From contig JAUYAM010000004.1 in assembly GCA_030693425.1 (NCBI GenBank), forward strand, positions 23,163 through 87,162: a stretch of DNA of 64,000 bases, given 5' to 3'. Every line of letters starts with the position of its first letter. Within the stretch, counting starts at the first letter, position 1. The notes under the pieces were generated by a model, which was not told the DNA's origin, ran no database searches, and saw nothing but the letters and a program-made list of their open reading frames with translations. This stretch comes from a bacterium (GTDB taxonomy: Bacteria; Patescibacteriota; Minisyncoccia; Minisyncoccales; GWA2-46-15). The position numbers and the translations under genes are program-made. Positions 15,072-23,368 of this stretch are shown piece after piece.

Positions 15072-16190
15072 ATGAAAATCCAACCGTCAAAATTAAGAGA
15101 GTGGAATACCAAATTTGAGTTTTCAACAAAAATAAACATTTCCGATTGCTCAATTTACCCCTTAACTTTAAAGGAGTTGTTTCTTATTGCTGGGAAAGGA
15201 GCGAAAAAGGAATTTGAGAAATTAAGCTTGGGTTATACCAAAACTTGGGGCGAGGACATTTTGCGGCAAGAGATCGCCAAAACTTACCAGAATATAAAGG
15301 CCGATAATATTTTGGTGACCAACGGCGCTATAGAAGCAATTTTCCTAATTATGAACGTATTGAGTAATACTGGCGACGAAATGATTTCTTTTTTCCCGAA
15401 TTACCAAGCATTGTTCCAAATAGCCAAAACTTGCGGAGTAAAAATAAAATGGTGGAAATTGGATGAAAAAAAATATTTCTCCCCTGATTTTAACCAGTTA
15501 TCAAGATTAATTACGAAAGACACGAAAGCTATTATTATTAACCAACCTCAAGTGCCGACTGGTTTTGTTTTTACTAAAAGCGATTATCTGACTTTGATTA
15601 AAATTTGTCGTAAATGCGGCCTTTATTTGGTTTCTGACGAGGTCTGCCGCTGGCTTTATTTGGATAAAAGCAATGGAATTTCGCCAGCAGTCGATCTTTA
15701 TGATAAGGCAATCAGTATTGGCGATGTTTCAAAATCTTTCGGCGCCGGCGGTCTGAGAATCGGCTGGCTAGCCTCCCAAAATAGGGAGATATTAGAAAAA
15801 TGTATACCCTTGCGAGGGTATACGACAATGAGCAATTCTGCGCCGAGCGAGTATTTAGCAACATTAATTTTGAGAAATAGGAAAGAGATCCTTAAATCGC
15901 GGTTAACAACGGCGGAGATAAATTACCAGTTACTTGATAAGTTTGTCCGTAAGAATATAGATAAAATATCATTAATCATGCCAGCTGGCGGGGTAACGGT
16001 TTTCCCGAAGTTGAAATTAAAAATAAATTCTTTGAATTTTTGCAAAAAACTGATTGAGAAGAAAAATACTATGTTAGTGCCAGGAACAGTTTATGGAATG
16101 CCAAAAAATCTTAGACTAGGTTTTGGTTGTAAAACAAGATTGTTTAGAAAAGGGTTAGCTGGATTGCAGCAGTATTTAAAATCTCTTTGA
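15072..16190 (+). CDS. Pyridoxal phosphate-dependent aminotransferase (class I/II)
   Basis: 372 aa. Contains VTNGAIEAI and SKSFGAGGLRIGW (PLP-lysine region). Confidence 0.8.
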   Translation: MKIQPSKLREWNTKFEFSTKINISDCSIYPLTLKELFLIAGKGAKKEFEKLSLGYTKTWGEDILRQEIAKTYQNIKADNILVTNGAIEAIFLIMNVLSNTGDEMISFFPNYQALFQIAKTCGVKIKWWKLDEKKYFSPDFNQLSRLITKDTKAIIINQPQVPTGFVFTKSDYLTLIKICRKCGLYLVSDEVCRWLYLDKSNGISPAVDLYDKAISIGDVSKSFGAGGLRIGWLASQNREILEKCIPLRGYTTMSNSAPSEYLATLILRNRKEILKSRLTTAEINYQLLDKFVRKNIDKISLIMPAGGVTVFPKLKLKINSLNFCKKLIEKKNTMLVPGTVYGMPKNLRLGFGCKTRLFRKGLAGLQQYLKSL

Positions 16191-16210
16191 GCTCTATTTA
16201 CTTTAATCAG

Positions 16211-16237
16211 AAAATCCCGCTTTAGGCGGGACTTTTT
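16211..16237. terminator. Bidirectional terminator shared by the aminotransferase gene and rnpB
   Basis: AAAA-TCCCGC-TTTAG-GCGGGA-CTTTTT. Confidence 0.7.
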
Positions 16238-16692
16238 GAATTCCAGCAAGCCCGTAAGCCGAATTCTGTTTTAGGCGATCATTTATCTGGTCCCGCAATT
16301 ACTTGCGGGATCTAGCGAACTACTTTTTACCCCGCCCCCTATGCAGATCAATTCTAGAACCCAAGAAAATATACTTATTAGGGTTCTTTCAGGTTTTTTC
16401 CTGATAGAATCAATTGCTTAGGGGGCGGGGCTTTGTTCTTGCACCCAGGTAAGTGTTTAGCCGTTTCACTCCCGCCATTACTGGCGGGACTCGCCCTATG
16501 CGACAAAAGTTTTTGTCGCCGGGCGCCCGACCCTTTCGGGTCTAGGGCGTCTCTGCTCGCAACTCTCGCGTTACCGCGTGCGGGCGTTACCCGCTACCCT
16601 GCTCCGAGCACATAAATTATGTGCTCGGGGGTGTTCGGACTTTCCTCCCCCCACAAAAATATGAAGAGCGGTCGCCCGACTTGCTGGAATAG
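16238..16692 (-). ncRNA. rnpB: RNase P RNA, bacterial type A
   Basis: In minus sense the P1 helix pairs TTCCAGCAAG (16689-16680) with CTTGCTGGAA (16250-16241). GGAGGAAAGTCCGAACAC is the P4 5' strand, and ACAGAATTCGGCTTACGGG matches the conserved ACAGAAnnCGGCUUA 3' region. Confidence 0.9.
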
Positions 16693-16750
16693 CTTGATTT
16701 TAACACCTTTAAGTTTCTTGTCAATTAAGGTAAGATTAAGAATTAAACCT

Positions 16751-18136
16751 ATGTTTTCAAGATTTCTAGATAAAAAACTGACCGGTCCGGCGTTGATACT
16801 GGCCGGTTCCACCTTTTTGAGCGCGGTTTTTGGACTTTGGCGCGACCGGCTTTTAGCTCACATTTTTGGCGCCAGCCGTATTTTAGACATTTATACCGCT
16901 TCTTTCAGAATTCCTGACTTAGTCTATAATTTTTTGATTGCCGGCGGGCTAGCGGTAGCTTTTTTGCCGGTTTTTGCCGAATACTTTTTTCAAGACAAAG
17001 ACCAGGCCTGGAAAGCGACAAACTATATTTTTAACGCCTTTGCCTTACTCTTAGTTGTACTGGCAGCGATTCTGTTCTTGCTGGCTCCGGCATTATCAGA
17101 TTTAATTCTGCCGGGATTTTCAACGCAGGAAAAGGGAATTGCGATTGCTCTGTCCAGGCTTTTGCTTTTAAACCCGATTTTAATGGGATTGGCGAGCGTG
17201 TTTTCGGGTGTTCTTCAGTATTTTCACAAATTCCTTGTTTTTGGCCTAGCACCCCTGTTTTATAATTTGGGAATTATTTTCGGGATCCTGTTTTTGGCGC
17301 CGAGCTTTGGGATTTTTGGAGTGGGGGCGGGCGTGATTATAGGAGCTATCTGTTATTTTTTGATCCAGCTTATTTTTGCAGTTTCCTGCGGATTTTCTTG
17401 GCGCCCTCTCCTTGATTTTAAGGACGAATCATTGGCCAAAGTTTTCCAATTGATGGTTTTGCGCACAGTTTCCGTTTTGAGTTCCCAGGCGAGTGTCTTG
17501 GTGATGACAGCCATTGCTTCGATTATCGGGGCCGGGGCAATCTCGGTTTTCTATTTTGCCAATAACTTACAGGGTTTTTTGGCCGGTTTAGTCGGGGTTT
17601 CTTTTGCGACGGTCGTTTTTCCTTCCTTGGCCAAAGCTGCCAGCGAAAGGGATTCCGAAAACTTTTCCAAAGACTTCCATTCCGGGTTCCGGCAGGTTTT
17701 GTGGCTTTCTCTGGCGGGGAGCCTCCTGCTTTTTATTTTTCGCGACTTGGCCGTCAAAATTTTGCTGGGTGGCGGCCGTTTCTCTCCAGAGGCGCAAATC
17801 CTCACCGCTTCCGCCGTCGGCATTTTTGCTTTTTCCATTTTTGCCCAAGCAGAAAACCCCCTGCTTTTGAGGGCATTTTTTTCACTGAAGGAGGCAAAAA
17901 AGCCGGCCATGATTTCTCTCGCCGCCATGTTCATTAATATCGCCCTTTCTTGCTTTCTGGTGAAGTTTTTGACGGGAAATAACTGGATGGTTAGCTTTTT
18001 GGAGAAGTCCCTGACCGGAGGAAAGATAGCCAATTTTTCCTTGCTCGGCCTGCCCCTGGCGTTTTCTATTTCTTCCATTTTGCAGTTCGTTTTGCTGACA
18101 GCATTTCTTAAAAGAAAACTTAAGCAGAGCTTTTAA
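16751..18136 (+). CDS. murJ: Lipid II flippase MurJ/MviN
   Basis: Polytopic membrane protein (STFLSAVFGLWRDRLLAHIFGAS.., IPDLVYNFLIAGGL). The start is set at ATG 16751 because the upstream 44 codons of the track ORF lie inside rnpB. Confidence 0.85.
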   Translation: MFSRFLDKKLTGPALILAGSTFLSAVFGLWRDRLLAHIFGASRILDIYTASFRIPDLVYNFLIAGGLAVAFLPVFAEYFFQDKDQAWKATNYIFNAFALLLVVLAAILFLLAPALSDLILPGFSTQEKGIAIALSRLLLLNPILMGLASVFSGVLQYFHKFLVFGLAPLFYNLGIIFGILFLAPSFGIFGVGAGVIIGAICYFLIQLIFAVSCGFSWRPLLDFKDESLAKVFQLMVLRTVSVLSSQASVLVMTAIASIIGAGAISVFYFANNLQGFLAGLVGVSFATVVFPSLAKAASERDSENFSKDFHSGFRQVLWLSLAGSLLLFIFRDLAVKILLGGGRFSPEAQILTASAVGIFAFSIFAQAENPLLLRAFFSLKEAKKPAMISLAAMFINIALSCFLVKFLTGNNWMVSFLEKSLTGGKIANFSLLGLPLAFSISSILQFVLLTAFLKRKLKQSF

Positions 18137-18142
18137 ACCATC

Positions 18143-19957
18143 ATGATCGACCAAAATTGTTTAATGAGGAATTTTTGCGTCATTGCCCATATCGACGCCG
18201 GCAAATCGACTCTAGCAGATCGTTTTTTGGAATTGACCAAGACCGTCGCCCAAGACAAAATGCGGCCGCAGTATTTGGACATGATGGATATAGAAAGAGA
18301 AAGGGGGATTACCATCAAGATGCAGCCAGTGCGGATGAACTATACGCTAGGCGCTAAACGCTATACGCTAAATTTGATAGACACTCCCGGACACGTGGAT
18401 TTCAGTTACGAGGTCTCCCGTTCTTTAGCTGCGGTCGAGGGGGCAATCTTGTTGGTCGACGCTACCAAAGGCGTCCAGGCGCAGACGATTGCCAATTTAG
18501 AGCAAGCAAAGAAACAGAATTTGGTCATTATCCCGGTAATCAATAAAATTGATTCGCCGCAGGCGATGATTGAAGAAGCAAAGGAAGAAATTATGAAGAT
18601 TATTGATATTGATCCGGAAGAGATTCTTTTAATTTCCGCCAAAACCGGTCAAGGAGTGGCAGAATTATTGAATAGGGTAGTGGAGAAAATTCCCGTGCCA
18701 GCAGGAGATCCTTCAAAGCCATTCAGAGCTTTAATATTTGATTCAAAATTTGATGTTCATAAAGGAGTAATGGCTTTTGTCAGGGTGGTTGACGGCAACA
18801 TTAAAAAAGGCGAAAAAATCACCTTATTTTTCAACAAGGAAACAGGCGATGTTCTGGAAGTTGGTTTTTTCAAGCCGGAACTGTCGCCTTTAGCAGAGCT
18901 TTCAGCCGGCGAAATCGGGTATTTGGCAACCGGCATCAAGGAGCCGGGCAAAGTTCATGTAGGCGACACAATTTCCTTGCTACAAACTATAAACTATAAA
19001 CCGCAAACTTCAATAAAACCTCTGCCCGGATACCAGGAGCCCAAATCAATGGTTTTCGCTTCTTTTTACCCGGAGAACGCTGACGATTTTGATTTATTAA
19101 AAGACGCTTTGAATAAATTAAAGCTTAGCGATGCCTCATTGTTTTTTGAGCCGGAAGCCAAGGAAATGCTCGGTCGGGGATTCAGATGCGGATTTCTGGG
19201 GTTATTGCATACCGAGATTACCACCGAACGTTTGGGGCGCGAATTCGGGCTGGGCTTGGTAATCTCTTCGCCGTCGGTAGTGTATAAAATTATTGACAGT
19301 AGAAATGAAGAAAGGGAAATTTACACTGCCGCTGACTGGCCGGAACAATTCCAGATCAAAGAAGCCAAAGAGCCGTGGATGGTTTTGCGAGTGGCCACGC
19401 CCCTTAGTTATATTGGCCCTGTTTTCGGAGTCCTGTCAAAACTTTCCGGCAAGCATATTAATACCGGTCATTTGAGCCACGAAAAAATCCTCATTTCTTA
19501 TGAAGCGCCTTTGCGGGAAATTATCACTAACCTTTATGAAAACATCAAGAACGTCACTTCCGGATACGCTTCGATCGATTATCAGCCGCTGGGATACCGG
19601 CCGGCCCAATTGGTGAAGCTTGACATCTTGATTTCCGGCAGAAAATATGAAGCCTTTTCTAAGATAGTGCCGGAAGAAAAAGCGTTCGAGGAAGGCAAAA
19701 AAGTCGTTCAGAAACTGAAGCAAACCCTGCCGCGCCAGCTGTTTTCGGTCGCTTTGCAAGCAGCCATTGGATCCAAGGTGATTGCCCGGGAAACCATTTC
19801 TGCCAAGGGCAGGGACGTCATTGCTCCTTTGTACGGCGGCGATTATACTCGGAAAAGAAAGCTTTTGGAGCAGCAGAAAAAAGGCAAAGCCGAGCTGAAA
19901 GAAAAAGGCCAGCTTCATATTCCCCAAAAGGTTTTCCTGGAGATGCTGCGCAGCTAG
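18143..19957 (+). CDS. lepA: Translation elongation factor 4 (LepA)
   Basis: 604 aa. Contains AHIDAGKST, DTPGHVDF, NKID and the C-terminal LepA domain (GGDYTRKRKLLEQQKKGK). Confidence 0.95.
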   Translation: MIDQNCLMRNFCVIAHIDAGKSTLADRFLELTKTVAQDKMRPQYLDMMDIERERGITIKMQPVRMNYTLGAKRYTLNLIDTPGHVDFSYEVSRSLAAVEGAILLVDATKGVQAQTIANLEQAKKQNLVIIPVINKIDSPQAMIEEAKEEIMKIIDIDPEEILLISAKTGQGVAELLNRVVEKIPVPAGDPSKPFRALIFDSKFDVHKGVMAFVRVVDGNIKKGEKITLFFNKETGDVLEVGFFKPELSPLAELSAGEIGYLATGIKEPGKVHVGDTISLLQTINYKPQTSIKPLPGYQEPKSMVFASFYPENADDFDLLKDALNKLKLSDASLFFEPEAKEMLGRGFRCGFLGLLHTEITTERLGREFGLGLVISSPSVVYKIIDSRNEEREIYTAADWPEQFQIKEAKEPWMVLRVATPLSYIGPVFGVLSKLSGKHINTGHLSHEKILISYEAPLREIITNLYENIKNVTSGYASIDYQPLGYRPAQLVKLDILISGRKYEAFSKIVPEEKAFEEGKKVVQKLKQTLPRQLFSVALQAAIGSKVIARETISAKGRDVIAPLYGGDYTRKRKLLEQQKKGKAELKEKGQLHIPQKVFLEMLRS

Positions 19958-20058
19958 ATTAAAGGCGCAACCAGTAAGATAATCGTGCTCAGGGCGACGA
20001 CAATAATGACAATCTTCCAGAGGATATTTAAGAATGATTTTGATCGGAATTTGGGCAT
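19954..20058 (-). CDS. Possible 34-aa single-pass membrane peptide (MPKFRSKSFLNILWKIVIIVVALSTIILLVAPLI)
   Basis: Hand-translated ORF convergent with lepA; its stop overlaps the lepA stop (CTAG). It has a basic N-terminus plus a hydrophobic helix, and the RBS is weak. Confidence 0.25.
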   Translation of the reverse strand: MPKFRSKSFLNILWKIVIIVVALSTIILLVAPLI

Positions 20059-20237
20059 TATTCTATGACCCCATAGGAAATCGCAAGGGTTTCCACAGGG
20101 CAATACGAGTTATGTTAATCAATTTGCCGATTGTTGTCTGGTGATAGATAAGTATTTTCCAATTCGAAATTTTGAATTTTACTTCAATTTTATTATAGCA
20201 CATTTTTGATTAGTCATTAATAAATCATGGAAAATAT

Positions 20238-20654
20238 TTGAATTTCCAACGGGGCATGATAGCAAAAACAAAGACAAAGAAAAGCAAAAAGGATCTGCCG
20301 CAAAGCCGGATCAATTTGTGGTTTTTTATAGTTATTTTTCTGCTGATCGGGATATTTTTGGCATCTTCCGGCTGGCAAATGGCCCAGAGGCGCAAAGAAC
20401 TGTTTTTAAGAACCGACGCTCTGGAAAAAGAGATCGCCGTCTTGGAGAAAAGGAATCTGGAGCTGAAAGCCGGCACGGATTCTTCTTCCCAAGAAAGTTT
20501 TCTGGAGAAAAAAGCCAGAGAGAACTTCCAGCTAAAAAAACCTGGAGAAAAAGTGGTGATTGTGGTCGTTTCGCCTTCGGCCAGCCCGGAGCCGGCAGCC
20601 CGGGAGCAATCAGGGTTTTGGTGGCAAAAAATCTTAGATAAATTAGGCTTATAG
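20238..20654 (+). CDS. Septum formation initiator family protein (FtsB/DivIC-like)
   Basis: Basic N-terminus, single TM helix, coiled coil (LEKEIAVLEKRNLELK) and EKKARENFQLKKPGEKVV. Confidence 0.65.
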   Translation: MNFQRGMIAKTKTKKSKKDLPQSRINLWFFIVIFLLIGIFLASSGWQMAQRRKELFLRTDALEKEIAVLEKRNLELKAGTDSSSQESFLEKKARENFQLKKPGEKVVIVVVSPSASPEPAAREQSGFWWQKILDKLGL

Positions 20655-20655
20655 T

Positions 20656-20689
20656 CCTCACTCTACTGCTACGTAGCACTAGAGTGAGG
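20656..20689. terminator. 34-nt near-perfect palindrome/terminator hairpin (core ACTGCTACGTAGCA shared with 59448-59481)
   Basis: CCTCACTCTA-c-TGCTACGTAGCA-c-TAGAGTGAGG followed by TTT. Confidence 0.6.
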
Positions 20690-20715
20690 TTTAATAAAGA
20701 GTAAGATGGCAAAGT

Positions 20716-20786
20716 GCGGGTGTAGTACAGTGGCAGTACGCTAGCTTCCCAAGCTAGACACGGGAGTTCGATTCTCCTCACCCGCT
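20716..20786 (+). tRNA. tRNA-Gly (anticodon CCC)
   Basis: Hand-folded cloverleaf. The acceptor stem pairs GCGGGTG with CACCCGC, the anticodon loop is TTCCCAA and the T-loop is TTCGATT. CCA is not encoded. Confidence 0.9.
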
Positions 20787-20787
20787 T

Positions 20788-21723
20788 ATGAAAATATCAC
20801 CTATGAAGCCGGCTAAAATTCTTTTCTGCGGCAGTTTTAAGTTTCTTGACGAGATGAAACGAGTAGCAAATGAGCTGAAACTTTTTGGTTGCCAATGTTT
20901 TTTGCCGCGATTCTTCTTGGGCGATTTTTCTTCTTTGGAAATAGAGAAGATTAAAAACGATTTAAAAGAGAAAGGTTTAAAGAGAAATGAGTTTAAAAAG
21001 ATAATCAAAGTGACTGGTTGGTTCTATGAGAAACTTCGGCAAGCGGACATTTTAGTTATTTTTGACAAAGAAGGGTATGTTGGTCTTTCTTTGTCGGCGG
21101 AAATCGGAGCCGCCCAAATTATGGGAAAACCTACTTTTTTTATCGCTGAGCCCAAAGACGCGGGATTAAGGGCGATGTTAAGGTTTTCCAAAAATTTTAA
21201 AATTGTCCCTCCGGAGGTATTAATAGAAGAGCTTGAAACTCTGAAACAATGGGCTTGGGTTAAAAAATGCGATCATACCAGCGTCGGCATGCATATCTGG
21301 CGCAATGGCAAATTGCTTTTGATTGAGAGGAAAAAACCGCCTTTCGGTTTTGCTCCGCCAGCCGGCCACGTAGACGGCAGTATCAGTTTTGAAGAAGCAG
21401 CTAAAAGAGAACTTCAAGAGGAAGTCGGCTTAAGGGCTAAAAAACTGAAATTGATTTTTGAAGGAAGAAAACAGAACCCTTGCCGAAGAAAAGGCGGAGC
21501 CTGGCATTATTGGAAAGTGTACAATGTAGAGGCAGAAGGTCAGATCAAACGGAGTGTATATGAGACTAAAAATATCGGCTGGTATTCTTCGAAGCAAATA
21601 GAAAACTTAGCCGAGAAGACCCGACGTTATCTCGCCGGTCAGATTCCTGAGAGGGAATGGGTAAAATCGCCAGGATTGGAGGTTTTCTGGTATAGGTGGC
21701 GAAAGGAACTAAAAATCTTCTGA
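20788..21723 (+). CDS. Two-domain protein: N-terminal nucleoside 2-deoxyribosyltransferase-like fold plus C-terminal NUDIX hydrolase
   Basis: The NUDIX box is GHVDGSISFEEAAKRELQEEVGL. The start is uncertain because the ORF begins 2 nt after the tRNA; ATG 20803 is possible. Confidence 0.6.
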   Translation: MKISPMKPAKILFCGSFKFLDEMKRVANELKLFGCQCFLPRFFLGDFSSLEIEKIKNDLKEKGLKRNEFKKIIKVTGWFYEKLRQADILVIFDKEGYVGLSLSAEIGAAQIMGKPTFFIAEPKDAGLRAMLRFSKNFKIVPPEVLIEELETLKQWAWVKKCDHTSVGMHIWRNGKLLLIERKKPPFGFAPPAGHVDGSISFEEAAKRELQEEVGLRAKKLKLIFEGRKQNPCRRKGGAWHYWKVYNVEAEGQIKRSVYETKNIGWYSSKQIENLAEKTRRYLAGQIPEREWVKSPGLEVFWYRWRKELKIF

Positions 21724-21726
21724 TAA

Positions 21727-22422
21727 TTAATATCTTTTGACTTTGTACTTGGCCTCAAGAAAGGCCAGGTTTTTTTGATTAACCATTCCTATAATTTTCA
21801 AGACGTCGTCAAAAATATCGGGCAACTTGAGAATTTCTTTTTTAGTCAGCCAGACATTGCGGCCGCCCTCAAAGTTCTTTGTGAGTGGGCCTTTCGGGTT
21901 TTCGGCTCGAAAAATGAAGAAGAACTTGTCCTCCAAAATTTCTCCTCGTTGGGAATAATCCATTTTATGTTCTATGCCAGCCAAAGATAACTTGGCTTTT
22001 AAGCCTGTTTCTTCAAGAAACTCCCTAGCTGCTGTTTCACTGACGGTTTCGCCCCATTTGATTTTACCGGTGACAAAACCATAAAAACCATAAGAGGGCT
22101 GTTTTAGTCGTTGCTGAACTAAGTATTGCCTTGTTTCACCATGCTGGCGGACAGCGCAGACCACGACTGCTACTTTTGCCTGTCTTTCCAGAACGATTTT
22201 GTCGGTGTCCAGGCGATTGGCAAACTCTTTGCCCTTGATGGCTAGCGAATAAAAACCCTTTTTATCCTTTTGTATAAGCCCGGCGCCAATCAGTTGTTTT
22301 AAATGGAAGTTGAAGTGGTCTGTCGGGAGCTTTAAGGTGTTTAAATCGGCAAAACGCGACTTTTCTCTAAATAACATTGTTCGTAGAATGCGGGCTTGAA
22401 TTGGATGTATTTCTGGCTTCAT
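21727..22422 (-). CDS. Winged-helix HTH plus NUDIX hydrolase domain protein
   Basis: The N-terminal part (IQARILRTMLF..HLKQLIGAGLI) resembles a winged helix. The NUDIX box is GKIKWGETVSETAAREFLEETGL. Confidence 0.7.
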   Translation of the reverse strand: MKPEIHPIQARILRTMLFREKSRFADLNTLKLPTDHFNFHLKQLIGAGLIQKDKKGFYSLAIKGKEFANRLDTDKIVLERQAKVAVVVCAVRQHGETRQYLVQQRLKQPSYGFYGFVTGKIKWGETVSETAAREFLEETGLKAKLSLAGIEHKMDYSQRGEILEDKFFFIFRAENPKGPLTKNFEGGRNVWLTKKEILKLPDIFDDVLKIIGMVNQKNLAFLEAKYKVKRY

Positions 22423-22520
22423 TAAAGTAGATTTAGTGGTAAAATATGATATTATGCCCTTATCCTAAACCGGTGGGGATTTAGGTCAAGTGAAGCCGGC
22501 TTCGGCAATTATATTTATCC

Positions 22521-23330
22521 ATGCTACGCATTAAAAAATATCTTGCTTTTTTTAAGAATCAGTTCTCGGCCACCATTTATTACCGGGGGTCGATTTTGGT
22601 TTGGATCTTTTCCAACCTCATTTTTTTGACAGTCATCATTTCTGTTTGGCTGTCGGTCGGTTCCAACCAATCCCTCGGCGGCTACAATCAATCCGAGCTC
22701 ATCGGTTATTATTTAGCCGGATTTTTCCTGCACTGGGTGGTCAACTGGCTGCCATTTTACAGCACTGCCGACGAGATTAAAAGCGGGGATATCGTCGCTT
22801 CCAGTCTAACCAAGCCCTTTTCTTTTTATTGGAGAAAATTTTCCGAAGAAGCCGGCTGGCATTCTTTTGCCGTTATTATGGGCTTGACCCTGACTTTGGT
22901 TTTAGCCGTTATCTTGCAGCAACAAGGGCTTGTCGCATTTGAGTTTGTCTGGGACAGGTTGCTTTGGGCGGTGCTGGCAATCTTTCTGGCCATTTTTTTG
23001 ATTTTTGGATTTAGCTTGTGCCTAGGGCTTTTAGCTTTCTGGTTTACCGAAGTTTGGACAGTAGACACTCTTTTTTGGGCCGGGCGGAACTTTCTCGGCG
23101 GCTGGTATCTGCCGATTAGCTTTTTCCCGGGGGCTTTTCAGACGATTATCAGAATCTTGCCTTTCCGCTATTTGTTTTCTTTTCCCCTGGAAATTTTCTT
23201 CGGCAAACTTTCTTTAGAAGAAATTGCCTTTGGGATTGCGGTTTCTTTGTTTTGGATTTTGTTTTTCAATTTGCTTTACAAAATAATGTGGGAGCGGGGC
23301 AGAAAAGCATATACTGCCTTTGGACAGTGA
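22521..23330 (+). CDS. ABC-2 family transporter permease (type A, copy 1)
   Basis: 269 aa with 6 predicted TM helices. It is homologous to 24177..24968 (DEIKSGDIV..LTKPFSFYW versus DEIKEGSLS..LTRPVSYLRYW). Confidence 0.7.
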   Translation: MLRIKKYLAFFKNQFSATIYYRGSILVWIFSNLIFLTVIISVWLSVGSNQSLGGYNQSELIGYYLAGFFLHWVVNWLPFYSTADEIKSGDIVASSLTKPFSFYWRKFSEEAGWHSFAVIMGLTLTLVLAVILQQQGLVAFEFVWDRLLWAVLAIFLAIFLIFGFSLCLGLLAFWFTEVWTVDTLFWAGRNFLGGWYLPISFFPGAFQTIIRILPFRYLFSFPLEIFFGKLSLEEIAFGIAVSLFWILFFNLLYKIMWERGRKAYTAFGQ

Positions 23331-23368
23331 AACCTATAACTTATAACCCATAACCTATAACTAACGAC

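Noticed and set aside
14995-15075. 26-aa Trp-rich ORF (MLGARYWEWAEKSLLFSALSINHSNL) right after the rSAM/SPASM pair, considered as a candidate precursor peptide.
   Set aside because: There is no RBS. Most of its length is the 13-bp terminator hairpin (15020-15049) and the right inverted repeat. The aromatic residues sit at the N-terminus rather than in a C-terminal core. It is worth a quick look only if homologous cassettes show a conserved ORF here.
16433-16812. Track ORFs 16433..16615(+) and 16594..16812(-), and the first 44 codons of 16619..18136.
   Set aside because: They overlap the RNase P RNA gene (16238-16692, minus strand). murJ most plausibly starts at ATG 16751 (MFSRFLDKKL...).
18341-18373. 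Apparent ACGCTA-type repeats (TATACGCTAGGCGCTAAACGCTATACGCTAAAT) inside lepA.
   Set aside because: They encode YTLGAKRYTLNL, directly preceding the conserved LIDTPGHVDF block of LepA at the expected position. This is ordinary coding sequence.
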